In this document: in pieces, positions 17,776-26,574 of the stretch | Position numbering within the stretch: the first letter of the stretch is position 1 | Layout: the number at the start of each line of letters is the position of its first letter | Position numbers and translations under genes: made by a program | The notes under the pieces: model-generated | What the model was told of the DNA's origin: nothing | The model's database searches: none | Seen by the model: the letters and a program-made list of their open reading frames with translations, nothing else | Source: an uncultured Eubacteriales bacterium | Lineage (GTDB): Bacteria > Acidobacteriota > Aminicenantia > Aminicenantales > Saccharicenantaceae | Length of the DNA: 64,000 nt | Direction: 5' to 3' | Assembly (NCBI GenBank): GCA_964525875.1 | Contig: CAZGJS010000013.1 | Coordinates: forward strand, 10,254-74,253

Positions 17776-18675
17776 TTAGAAAGAGGCCGGATTTTTGGCC
17801 TTGATATCGTTCGCTTCGGCGGCGAAAAGGATCTCGTTGTTCTCACCGGTCAGGCTGAGCCGCAGGCCGGTGCCCTGGAAAACCCACTCCGCGGTCAGAC
17901 GCAGACATCCCGTCGAAAGGGCCGTCCCCCAGCCCTCATTCCGTTCGGCGTAAGCCCTATCCTCCCGCCAGACGACGTTGTTGGTGCGCGGCTCGCCGAC
18001 TTTCTCGATGAGGAAATCCCTGATCTTGTTGTAATCGGCGACATAGCGGTCCTTATCCGCGTACTTTTCGAGGAGATGGAGGCGGACGGCGACGAGCTTC
18101 TCGTCGTTGAGGACGTAGGCGAGAAGGCACTTCTTTCCCAGGAGGTCGCGGTGATAGCTCAGGAACTCGAGGCCCCCGGAAACTTCGCGGGCGAGCGGAC
18201 GGCCTTCTGCTCGAAGGATGCCCGCCTTTGTCCTCCCCCACTCCACCATGGGCATGGACTCGCCCGTCAGGTCGATCTCCTTCGGGTCGACGATCTCTTC
18301 CTGCCCGGGGGTCAAGTTGACGACCCTGAGAGTGGAGTTGAGCTTGCGGACGAACCCATCCAGGACGTAGCCGCAGAGCGTCCGGCCCGAACGCGACGAG
18401 ACGAAGAGGATGTAGAACCAGTTGGTCCGGAACTTGATCGCGCTCGACAGCCTCACGACCGCGCCCCGGGACAGGGTCTCGACGACCGGACTGCGGCCGT
18501 CTGGCTCGAGATGGACGGCGGCCTTCTCGGCCGTGACCTCGAGCCGGACGATGGTCTCGGCGCGGGCCGGCCCGGGGGGGAACGAGACGCCGAAAAGGAG
18601 CAAGAAGGCGACGGCCGCGGACCGGGCCGCGAGGCCGGCACGGCCGCTTTCCCCGTGGTTCCTGGGCATTCTCAT
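17776..18675 (-). CDS. secreted hypothetical protein with N-terminal SH3b-like domain
   Basis: ATG 18675 (MRMPRNHG...signal peptide ending PARA); SH3b-like IVRLEVTAEKAAVHLEPDGRSPVVETLSRGAVVRL...WFYI...GYVLDGFV; last gene of the second sigma/anti-sigma operon. Confidence 0.45.
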   Translation of the reverse strand: MRMPRNHGESGRAGLAARSAAVAFLLLFGVSFPPGPARAETIVRLEVTAEKAAVHLEPDGRSPVVETLSRGAVVRLSSAIKFRTNWFYILFVSSRSGRTLCGYVLDGFVRKLNSTLRVVNLTPGQEEIVDPKEIDLTGESMPMVEWGRTKAGILRAEGRPLAREVSGGLEFLSYHRDLLGKKCLLAYVLNDEKLVAVRLHLLEKYADKDRYVADYNKIRDFLIEKVGEPRTNNVVWREDRAYAERNEGWGTALSTGCLRLTAEWVFQGTGLRLSLTGENNEILFAAEANDIKAKNPASF

Positions 18676-18780
18676 GGCAATCCCATCTTTCCGCACGCAT
18701 ACTATCGGATGGGACGATGGGGCTCACAATCCCCGCCGGAGATGATTCCGAGGGGGATATTCCTCACCCCGGGAGGGGGC

Positions 18781-19779
18781 TCATTTCAGCTGGAACCTGA
18801 CCGTCACCGTGAAAACGACGGGTCGGGGCCGCCCGTTGATGACCATGGGCTCATAGACCCACTGCCGGACGGCGTCGATGGCCGCCTGGTCTAGAAGCGG
18901 GATCGACCGCAGGACCTTCACGCCGATGACCCGCCCGTAGACGTCGGTCGTCGCTTCGACGATGACGATGCCCTCCACCCGGGCCTGGCGGGCGATCTCC
19001 GGGTAGAGCGGGTCGACCGACCTGACCAGCTTGGGCGGCTTGACGTCGCCGATGGCCCTCACGGGCGCTTCCACTTCGCCGACGACACCGCCCAGGACGC
19101 CGCCCACGACACCACCCAAGACGCCACCGACCACCCCGCCCTCGACGCCGCCCTCGACGCCGCCTTCGACGCCGATGTCCGAGAGCGTTTCCTCGGCGAT
19201 CTGCTCGGGGATCTCGATGGGCGCGACGAGTTTCCCCGCATCGACAGGCGCCGCGGCCTGGACACGCTTGATCCGCGCGCTCGCCGCCGGGCTCTTCCTC
19301 TTGGCCGGTGGCGGGGGGGGAGGCGGCGGGGGCGGAGGCGGAGCAAGAAAGGCGCTGTAGACCTCGACCGTCGGCAGCTCCCCCGTTCTCATCAGGGGAA
19401 GGACGATGAGCAGCAGGAGGATGGCCGCATGGGCCACCAGGGACAGCGGGAAGACAGCCGCCCGCACGCGCGTCACGCTTTCCGGGCGATAGAAGGAGTC
19501 CTTGAACATCTCGACCTCCGCAACACGGGATGCGGGGGCTCCGGCCTGCCGCCGGTCGATCCCGGCCCGGACGCGACCGGAAAAAGAGGCCCAGTATTCC
19601 GCTTCGCGGGGAACGGAGGGAGGCGTTTTGGGAAGTTGGTCGAGGTCCCGGATGAATTCGAGGTCCCTCCGGCACGAGGAACAGGCCTTGAGATGCTTCT
19701 CGACCCGCGAGCGGTCGGCCGCCCGGAGTTCGCCGTCGGCATAGGCCCCGATGAGTTCCTGGAATTTTCGGTGTCTCAT
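18781..19779 (-). CDS. anti-sigma factor (zf-HC2) fused to proline-rich linker, (GGV)n repeats and TonB C-terminal domain
   Basis: HLKACSSCRR (HxxxCxxC), TM helix VAHAAILLLLIVLPL, P12 run, GGVEGGVEGGV...repeats, C-terminal PPKLVRSVDPLYPEIARQARVEGIVIVEATTDVYGRV...LRSIPLLDQAAIDAVRQWVYEP (TonB_C); ATGA overlap with sigma gene. Confidence 0.75.
   Translation of the reverse strand: MRHRKFQELIGAYADGELRAADRSRVEKHLKACSSCRRDLEFIRDLDQLPKTPPSVPREAEYWASFSGRVRAGIDRRQAGAPASRVAEVEMFKDSFYRPESVTRVRAAVFPLSLVAHAAILLLLIVLPLMRTGELPTVEVYSAFLAPPPPPPPPPPPPAKRKSPAASARIKRVQAAAPVDAGKLVAPIEIPEQIAEETLSDIGVEGGVEGGVEGGVVGGVLGGVVGGVLGGVVGEVEAPVRAIGDVKPPKLVRSVDPLYPEIARQARVEGIVIVEATTDVYGRVIGVKVLRSIPLLDQAAIDAVRQWVYEPMVINGRPRPVVFTVTVRFQLK
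19110..19200. repeat. coding tandem repeat (12-nt unit gacgccgccctc and variants) encoding (GGV[EVL])n linker
   Basis: Direct nucleotide repeats within anti-sigma::TonB_C gene, GGVEGGVEGGVEGGVVGGVLGGVVGGVLGGVV. Confidence 0.6.
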
Positions 19780-19780
19780 C

Positions 19781-20371
19781 TCAAGCTCCCCTCGCCAGGG
19801 AATCCGTCAGGAGGCCTTTCAGCTTCTGTCGGGCCCGATTGAGCCGGGACATGACGGTGCCGATCGGCAGGTCGAGGGTCCGGGAGATCTCCTCGTAGCT
19901 CATGCTCTCTTGGAACCTCAGGACGAAGACGCTTCTCTGGTCGGCCGCGAGCGACGCCACCGCCCGTTCGAATCGGACCTCGAATTCGGCGCGCTCCAGC
20001 CGCTCCTCGGGACCGTCGGCCGGCGCGGAGAAAGGCGTCCTCCGCGCTCCCAGGGTCCCTTCGAGGAGCGGCCGCTCCCGCTTCCGGGCCTTGAGGTAAT
20101 TGAGCCCTGAGTTGAGGGCGATCCGCCGGAGCCAGGGGTAAATGGGCCATTGCACGTCGAACCGGTCCAGGGCGTAATAGGCCTTGATGAAGGTCTCCTG
20201 GGCCAGGTCGTCGGCCGACTGGTGGGCGCCGGTCAGGCGCCGGCAGAGGGCGTAGACCCTCTGCTGGTACTTCCGGACCAGGCTCTCGAAGGCGTCCATG
20301 TCTCCCTGCTGGGCTTTCCGGACGAGGACGGCATCCTCCGGATGCTCGGGCGGCCTCGTCGGAGCTCCCAT
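19781..20371 (-). CDS. RNA polymerase ECF-type sigma-70 factor
   Basis: Region 2 (DDLAQETFIKAYYALDRFD) and region 4 (MSYEEISRTLDLPIGTVMSRLNRAR). Confidence 0.8.
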   Translation of the reverse strand: MGAPTRPPEHPEDAVLVRKAQQGDMDAFESLVRKYQQRVYALCRRLTGAHQSADDLAQETFIKAYYALDRFDVQWPIYPWLRRIALNSGLNYLKARKRERPLLEGTLGARRTPFSAPADGPEERLERAEFEVRFERAVASLAADQRSVFVLRFQESMSYEEISRTLDLPIGTVMSRLNRARQKLKGLLTDSLARGA

Positions 20372-20481
20372 AGGTCATACACCTCGCGGCGGAAGTTATT
20401 CCTCATTTCCATGATACGCCTTTTTGAGCCGCGAATGAACTCGACCGTGGAGGGACTTGACAGCAGGGCCTGATTCTTGTA

Positions 20482-20517
20482 TTTCTACTGTTCCTATAGT
20501 ACCTATAGTACCTATAG
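20482..20517. repeat. tandem 9-bp repeat (CCTATAGTA)x3 + degenerate 4th copy in sigma/mtrA-like intergenic region
   Basis: cctatagta cctatagta cctatagta tctatatgc at 20482-20517; low-GC spacer 65-100 nt upstream of the decaheme gene ATG. Confidence 0.8.
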
Positions 20518-20583
20518 TATCTATATGCTCAGTTCTCTTCATTCATGCGACTGTAGATTGGGGAATTTGGAAAGGAGGATTAC

Positions 20584-21501
20584 ATGAAAGGTCATCGCAA
20601 GACCACGCCCCCTGCTCTCGCTGTCCTCATGACTTTCCTGGCTCTGATCGGCCTGGTCCTTCTGGTTATGCCCGAGAAGGTCGCGGCCCGTCAGGACGGG
20701 CAATATGCGGGCATCGAGCAGTGCGCGGCGTGCCACGAGGAAACTGTCGCCCAGTTCCGCGAATCGATCCACGGGAAAAAGGGGTTCGAGATGCGCTCGA
20801 GCCACTCCTGTGAAACCTGCCACGGGGCCGGCAAGGCCCACGTGGACGCGGGCGGAGGCAAGGGCTCCATGACGACGATCAAGGGGCTCTCCAAGGAAAA
20901 ACAAACGGAGATGTGCCTGCAGTGCCATGACCGCGGGAACAAGACCGACTGGCAAGGGAGTCTCCACGAGACCCGTGGGCTTTCCTGCCAGGATTGTCAC
21001 TCGGTCCACAGCCCCGGCACCGACAAGGCTCAGCTCAAGGCGTCCGAAACGGATCTGTGCTTCACCTGCCATAAGCAGAAGCAGGCGCAGTTCTTCCGGG
21101 CATCCCACCACCCGGTCCGGGAAGGTAAGATGGCATGCTCCGACTGCCACAATCCCCACGCCGTCCAGGAAGGCAAGCTCGTCGACCAAGCGGCCGTGGC
21201 AGAGACCTGTTATCAGTGCCACGCCGAAAAGCGCGGGCCCTTCCTCTGGGAGCACATCCCCGTTCGGGAGGATTGCATGACCTGCCACGAAGCCCACGGG
21301 TCCAACCACATGAAGATGCTCAAGGTGAAGGAGCCCTTCCTTTGCCAGCGCTGCCATTCCGACACTCGGCACCCCGGCACGCTCTACGACCAGACCCAGC
21401 GGAACAACGACAGCAATCGCCTGTACGGCCGCTCCTGCACCAACTGCCATTCGACGGTCCACGGTTCGAACCATCCTTCGGGCAGGACCTACCTGAGGTG
21501 A
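20584..21501 (+). CDS. periplasmic decaheme c-type cytochrome, MtrA/DmsE/PioA family-like
   Basis: 305 aa, signal peptide, exactly ten CxxCH (CAACH CETCH CLQCH CQDCH CFTCH CSDCH CYQCH CMTCH CQRCH CTNCH); RBS AAAGGAGGA. Confidence 0.8.
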   Translation: MKGHRKTTPPALAVLMTFLALIGLVLLVMPEKVAARQDGQYAGIEQCAACHEETVAQFRESIHGKKGFEMRSSHSCETCHGAGKAHVDAGGGKGSMTTIKGLSKEKQTEMCLQCHDRGNKTDWQGSLHETRGLSCQDCHSVHSPGTDKAQLKASETDLCFTCHKQKQAQFFRASHHPVREGKMACSDCHNPHAVQEGKLVDQAAVAETCYQCHAEKRGPFLWEHIPVREDCMTCHEAHGSNHMKMLKVKEPFLCQRCHSDTRHPGTLYDQTQRNNDSNRLYGRSCTNCHSTVHGSNHPSGRTYLR

Positions 21502-21514
21502 CGAGGAGTTCCCA

Positions 21515-23728
21515 ATGAAAAAAACAATCCTATCCATTGCACTTGTGGGTCTCGTCCTCGACCTGTTCTCGGGTTCCGCCTGGGCCCAGGACAAGAAGGG
21601 CGAGGAACTCGTCTTCAAGGGGGCCGCTACGGCCGGCGTCCAGGCCGTCAAGGAGATCGAAAGGTCCTCCAAGTTCACCGAATACCGCGACGTCCCTCGG
21701 GGCTTTTTTCTGCAGTCACTGACTCTGGACCTGACGAAGGGAAGCCGTTATTTCTATCTCTCCGTGATGAATGTTCAGCAGGCCGACGAGCGGATCACGG
21801 CCAGCGTCGGTGACTACGGCAAATTCGCGCTCGATCTGGGCTACGATAGCATCCCCCACCGGTTCAGCTTCGACGGCGCCACATCGTACGTCGAAAAAAC
21901 CCCGGGCGTCTTCACCCTGAACGACGTCATCCGGTCCGCCGCAGAGGCCCTCGTCCCCACGGGGACAAGCACCAATATCGCCGCCGCACGGGCCCTCGTC
22001 TCGAGCTTCCTGACAAGCGCCGCCCCTATCGACCTGGGACTTCTGCGGAAAAAGGCGACCCTCGATTTCGCCTACACGCCGTCCGTTCCCTTCAGCTTCA
22101 ACGTCGCGGGAAGCTACGAAACACGGAGTGGGAACCGGCCCTACGGCACCCCCCTCGGATTCAGCAACGCGATCGAACTCCCCGAACCGATCCATTACAA
22201 GACGACCAACATGGACACGAGCCTCGAGTACCACAAGGGTTGGGGAACAGTCCGGGCGGGTTTCGCTGCGTCCCTGTTCGACAACGACGTCCAGACCCTG
22301 ACCTGGGACAATCCCTATCGGATCACCGACTCGACCTATGCCACGGCCTACAGCGCGGGCAACGGGACCGCTCACGGCCAGATGGCCCTCTGGCCCTCCA
22401 ACGACGCCGTAAGGTTTTATCTCAGCGGGTCCTTCAAACCGCTGAAGACCACGCGGATTTCGGCGGCCGCGTCCTACGGCACCTTCAGCCAGAACCAGAA
22501 ACTCCTGCCCTTCACGGTCAACACCGCCATCCCGGGCTCCGACCCGACGGCCGTCAACGCCCTCTCCGCGCCCCGTGAATCGGCCAAGGCCAAGGCGAAC
22601 ATCACCTCGCTCGACCTCACCTTGAACTCCCGGCTCATGAAGTCCGTTTATCTCGCGGCCGGATTCCGGTACTACGACTTCGCCAACAAGATCGAAGAGC
22701 TCGATATTCCCAACGGGTATGCCCGGCTGGATCAGGTCTGGGAAAACATCCCCATCGCCGTCGAACCCTATTCCTTCGCCCGTTCGCGGCTGTTCGGCGA
22801 CCTGACCTTCAACGTCCTCAAGAACACGTCCCTCAAGGTCGGTTACTCCCTCTATAGCGTCCGCCGGCACGAGGGCACCCACGAGACGGAAAAGAACAAG
22901 TCGGACGAGGGCACCTTCAAGGTCTCCGTCGATAGCAATCCGTTGGACTGGTTGATGCTCCGCGTCACCTACCTCAACTCCAAGCGGGACTGGTCCCTCG
23001 ACGACACCTGGTACGCCTACATCCCGAGCTTCAACTTCAAGCGTTATTTCGAGGCCAGCCGGGACCGGCAGTCCATCAACGCGCTCGTCGGCCTGACCCC
23101 GATCGACAACCTGGATATCCAGCTGACCTACTCGATCGGGCGTGACGATTACCCGAAGTCCGAATACGGGCTGACGCGGGACGACTTCGACATGTACGGC
23201 ATCGACCTCAGCTACGCCTTCGCCAAGAACCAGACGCTCTACGGTTTTTACACCCGCGAGATCTATGACGCCGACCAGGCCTCGCGTCAGAGCGGCGCGA
23301 CCTTTTCGGTGAACCCGTTGGACGATTGGACGGCGAACCTGAAGGACACCGTCGACACCTTCGGGGCCGGACAGACGATCGAGCTCCTCGCGGACAAGCT
23401 CAACTTCGACCTCTCAGCCTCGTATTCCAAGGCTGCCGGCTCTTCGTTCCTCTTCTCCCCGGCCGGCGGGACCCCGAACACCGCCCTCAACTTCACCGAC
23501 CCCCTCGACTCGACCACCTGGTGGACGATCCAGTCCTCCTTCAAGTGGAAGATGATGAAGAACCTCCTCGTCGTCCTTGGCTACTGGTACGAGCAGTATA
23601 ACCTCAAGGACATCGTCCGGAACGAAATCGCCGTGGATTACGCGGCCGCCGGCGCCATCTTTCTCGGCGCCCGGGAGCCCGGCTACAAGTATCACGTCGG
23701 CTCCGTGAAGTTCATCTACAGCTGGTAA
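21515..23728 (+). CDS. outer-membrane beta-barrel, decaheme-associated MtrB/PioB family-like
   Basis: 737 aa, signal peptide MKKTILSIALVGLVLDLFSGSAWA, C-terminal ...KFIYSW aromatic terminus, alternating amphipathic beta-strand pattern; 14 nt downstream of decaheme gene. Confidence 0.7.
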   Translation: MKKTILSIALVGLVLDLFSGSAWAQDKKGEELVFKGAATAGVQAVKEIERSSKFTEYRDVPRGFFLQSLTLDLTKGSRYFYLSVMNVQQADERITASVGDYGKFALDLGYDSIPHRFSFDGATSYVEKTPGVFTLNDVIRSAAEALVPTGTSTNIAAARALVSSFLTSAAPIDLGLLRKKATLDFAYTPSVPFSFNVAGSYETRSGNRPYGTPLGFSNAIELPEPIHYKTTNMDTSLEYHKGWGTVRAGFAASLFDNDVQTLTWDNPYRITDSTYATAYSAGNGTAHGQMALWPSNDAVRFYLSGSFKPLKTTRISAAASYGTFSQNQKLLPFTVNTAIPGSDPTAVNALSAPRESAKAKANITSLDLTLNSRLMKSVYLAAGFRYYDFANKIEELDIPNGYARLDQVWENIPIAVEPYSFARSRLFGDLTFNVLKNTSLKVGYSLYSVRRHEGTHETEKNKSDEGTFKVSVDSNPLDWLMLRVTYLNSKRDWSLDDTWYAYIPSFNFKRYFEASRDRQSINALVGLTPIDNLDIQLTYSIGRDDYPKSEYGLTRDDFDMYGIDLSYAFAKNQTLYGFYTREIYDADQASRQSGATFSVNPLDDWTANLKDTVDTFGAGQTIELLADKLNFDLSASYSKAAGSSFLFSPAGGTPNTALNFTDPLDSTTWWTIQSSFKWKMMKNLLVVLGYWYEQYNLKDIVRNEIAVDYAAAGAIFLGAREPGYKYHVGSVKFIYSW

Positions 23729-23732
23729 AACG

Positions 23733-23781
23733 CCCGGGCCGGGAGGGGGACGCTCTCCCCTTCCCGGCCCGGATTCTCTTT
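23733..23781. terminator. bidirectional rho-independent terminator between convergent operons
   Basis: Hairpin cccgggccgggaggggga-cgctc-tccccttcccggcccgg followed by ATTCTCTTT on + strand and preceded by AAAA (TTTT on - strand). Confidence 0.6.
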
Positions 23782-23867
23782 ACGTCTCTCCCCCCTCCCT
23801 CAGGACCTCTCGATGCCCTGGTCGATTGAGGGGCATTTCTCCCCGGGGAGACGGTTCAAAGGGAGTG

Positions 23868-24683
23868 TCAGGGCGCCGGGACGGCTTGGCGAGCAGGCTC
23901 TGTCCCCCCGGCTTCGAGGGCCTTTTGCCTCTCGGCCAGGATCTTCCGGTATTCCAGGGCGTGAAGAGTCTTCAGCTCGTGCCCGCTGATCTTGCCGTTG
24001 ATCCATATCTTGCTCATCGGGAAGACTTCGGGGTTGAGGTGGACGTTGTACATGTGCCAGATGATGATCGCCAGGAAGGCCAGCATGGCCTCGTAGCCGT
24101 GGGCGATGACGAAAATATCGTGGACCCAGAGAGGGAAGATGCTGAGCGACAGATCCACGTTCCACATGAAGAAGCCGGAGATGATCATGATGAACGACCC
24201 CCAGGCCACGGAGAGATATTCGAGCTTCTCGACAAAATTATAGCGACCGTACTCCGGCGGATTCTCGAACCTCCAGAAGGGATGGCGGTCGAAAAACTTC
24301 CGAAGGATCCCCTTCCGGTAGAGCCAGCGCGATAAGCCGACGTTGTACCCGAAAAGGGCCACGGCGTCGAGGCCGTCCTTCGGATGCGGGATCATCTCCT
24401 TGAAGTTGTCCCGGCCCCTCCGGGTCAGGATGGTGTAGCCGGAGTGCCAGACCATATCGACGATCAGGACGATCGCCGCGACGCGGTGCAAGACCCCGCG
24501 ATAGGTGAACGCCTTCTCGATGCTGAAGATGGACTTGAAGATGCGCAGCTCGTAGAACATCAGGGGCAGCCCCGTCACGACGAGGAGCGAGAAAGAAACG
24601 ATGAGGAGGACGTGCTGGACCCTCTCGGCCGGGTTCATCCGGAGAAAAACTTCGTCGTCGCGGATGAGCGTCTTTCCGGTCAT
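23868..24683 (-). CDS. di-heme membrane cytochrome b (FdnI/HydC/cytochrome b561-like quinone-interacting subunit)
   Basis: ATG 24683 (MTGKTL...) in ATGA overlap with upstream gene; 5 TM helices with conserved His (HVLLIV, HRVAAIV, HGYEAM, WHMYNVH). Confidence 0.6.
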   Translation of the reverse strand: MTGKTLIRDDEVFLRMNPAERVQHVLLIVSFSLLVVTGLPLMFYELRIFKSIFSIEKAFTYRGVLHRVAAIVLIVDMVWHSGYTILTRRGRDNFKEMIPHPKDGLDAVALFGYNVGLSRWLYRKGILRKFFDRHPFWRFENPPEYGRYNFVEKLEYLSVAWGSFIMIISGFFMWNVDLSLSIFPLWVHDIFVIAHGYEAMLAFLAIIIWHMYNVHLNPEVFPMSKIWINGKISGHELKTLHALEYRKILAERQKALEAGGTEPARQAVPAP

Positions 24684-25918
24684 CTTTTCCATCGGATCCT
24701 CATGCGGCGATAAAGGTCGGCGGCGATGAAGGCCAGGAACACGAAGATCAATCCGCCGATGACGACCATGTAGACGATCTTGACGGTATAGGCCCAGCGG
24801 TTCTCGGTTTTCTCCGAGATGACGTGGATGCGGCCCTTGGAGAAGTTGTCGCCGGCGCCCGGATGGCAGGTCCCGCATGTTGCGGCCATGTTGGCCGGGT
24901 TGATGGACGAGAGGGGGTCGGAGGACGGCCGGATGCCGTGGTGCCCGTGGCAGCTCGAGCAGTTGGCGACCTTGACTTCGCCGAACTTCGAAGCCGTGCC
25001 GTGGTAGGACGCGGAGAAGGTCTTAAGCCGGGACGTCAGAAGGCCATACTGTCTGGCCAGGGTCTCGTCGTCGTGGCAGCGGGTGCAGACGGCGGCCACC
25101 TTCGTGGCGTAAACGCCCGAGCCGAGGTCCTCGGGGGAGCGGATGTCGTGCTCGCTGTGGCAGTCCGTGCAGACGGGGACGCCCTGGACGCCCTTGACAT
25201 AGTCTTTGCCGTGAACGCCCTCGAGATAATCCCGCTCAATGCCGGTATGGCACGTCCCGCAAGTTCGAATGATGTTCTGGCGCGAGACTTTGGACCGAGG
25301 GTCGTCGACCGTACGGACCGAGTGGCCGCCGTGGCAGCTGAGGCAGGTCGCGGAAAGACTCAGGCCCGCCTTGGACAGGGCCCGGAAATGAGCGCTGTCC
25401 TTATAGCCGCCGACGAATCCCGCCACCCGCTTGGCCTTGACGCGCTCGAGATGGCAGGTCAGGCAGGTGTCGGGGATGTTCATCGGGGAGGTGTGCGACT
25501 GGGCGTCTTTGGCGGGACGGATATCGTGAGTGCCGTGGCAATCCTTGCATTGGACGGTGATGGGCGAGTCCCCGTCATGCTGACGGCCATGGATGCTGTC
25601 GCGGATCGCGGTGGCTGCCTCCTCGTGGCAGGACGCGCAATCGACCGGCTTGAGCTTCGCGGCGTGAGGGAAATCCGTGAACTTTTTGAGGTCGGCGTGA
25701 CAGTCGACGCAGGCGATCCCGGCCGAGCCGTGGATCGAAGCGGTGAAACTAGCGCCGTCCACGAAAAGGGAGCGGCCCTGCTCCGTTTTCAACCCGGAGT
25801 CCCCATGGCAGGTCAGACAGTCGTCGTCGGATTGTCCGGCGAGGGCCGGCGCGGCGGTCCAGAGAACGACCAGCGCCGCCGGGAGGGCAAGCCGCAGGAA
25901 CGCGCCGCGGAGCTTCAT
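24680..25918 (-). CDS. undecaheme c-type cytochrome with C-terminal TM anchor
   Basis: ATG 25918 (MKLRGAFL signal peptide); 11 CxxCH; C-terminal TM VKIVYMVVIGGLIFVFLAFIAADL. Confidence 0.75.
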   Translation of the reverse strand: MKLRGAFLRLALPAALVVLWTAAPALAGQSDDDCLTCHGDSGLKTEQGRSLFVDGASFTASIHGSAGIACVDCHADLKKFTDFPHAAKLKPVDCASCHEEAATAIRDSIHGRQHDGDSPITVQCKDCHGTHDIRPAKDAQSHTSPMNIPDTCLTCHLERVKAKRVAGFVGGYKDSAHFRALSKAGLSLSATCLSCHGGHSVRTVDDPRSKVSRQNIIRTCGTCHTGIERDYLEGVHGKDYVKGVQGVPVCTDCHSEHDIRSPEDLGSGVYATKVAAVCTRCHDDETLARQYGLLTSRLKTFSASYHGTASKFGEVKVANCSSCHGHHGIRPSSDPLSSINPANMAATCGTCHPGAGDNFSKGRIHVISEKTENRWAYTVKIVYMVVIGGLIFVFLAFIAADLYRRMRIRWKR

Positions 25919-25956
25919 CGGGTCTTGAATCCTCGCCTCCGGCGGCGGAAGCGGAC

Positions 25957-26475
25957 TTACTTCCCCGGGACGGGGTGCTTGATCTTTTCCCAGAAGGAGG
26001 CGAAGTCGAAGCTGATGCCGTGGGGATTCTCGTGACACTTCAGGCACTGGGCTTTGATGGCGTCGGGGCTGCCGTAGAGGATCAGTCCGTTCTTCACGGA
26101 CTCAGCCTTGTCCTTCATCACGCTGAGCTTCTTGTACTCGCTGCCGGGGCCGTGGCAGACCTCGCAAGATACGCCATCGGACTTGAGGTCGGGGGCTTTG
26201 GCGGCGAGCGGAGAGTGGCACTTCAGACAGCGCGGGTCGTCCGCCGGCTTGTCCACGCCCATGGCCTGACAAGCCTCGGCCGCCTTGGACGAGGTCAGGG
26301 CTTCCAAGGACTTGGAATGCTTGGAGCTTTCCCAGATCACATACTGCCGTCCCTGGTTCTCCGACTTATGGCAAATCTGGCATTTCTGGGCGCCGACGTA
26401 GGCGAATTCCTGGCCGATGGCCGGGACGGCCAGAATGAGCAGACCCAAGGCTGACAGCGCAAGCTTGTTTTTCAT
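25957..26475 (-). CDS. tetraheme c-type cytochrome (cytochrome c554-like), secreted
   Basis: Signal peptide; CQICH, CLKCH, CEVCH, CLKCH. Confidence 0.75.
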   Translation of the reverse strand: MKNKLALSALGLLILAVPAIGQEFAYVGAQKCQICHKSENQGRQYVIWESSKHSKSLEALTSSKAAEACQAMGVDKPADDPRCLKCHSPLAAKAPDLKSDGVSCEVCHGPGSEYKKLSVMKDKAESVKNGLILYGSPDAIKAQCLKCHENPHGISFDFASFWEKIKHPVPGK

Positions 26476-26574
26476 GGTCACTTCCTATAACTCATATAAG
26501 GTCTATCGGATAAATATTGTATTAAACCGGCGGTGAATTGTCAACGCGAATGGACAGAATTGCTTGCCGGGCTC

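Noticed and set aside
20482-20517. Possible CRISPR-like array from the regular CTATAGTA(C) repeats
   Set aside because: Units are only 9 bp with no spacers. It is a simple tandem repeat, and there are no cas genes in the window.
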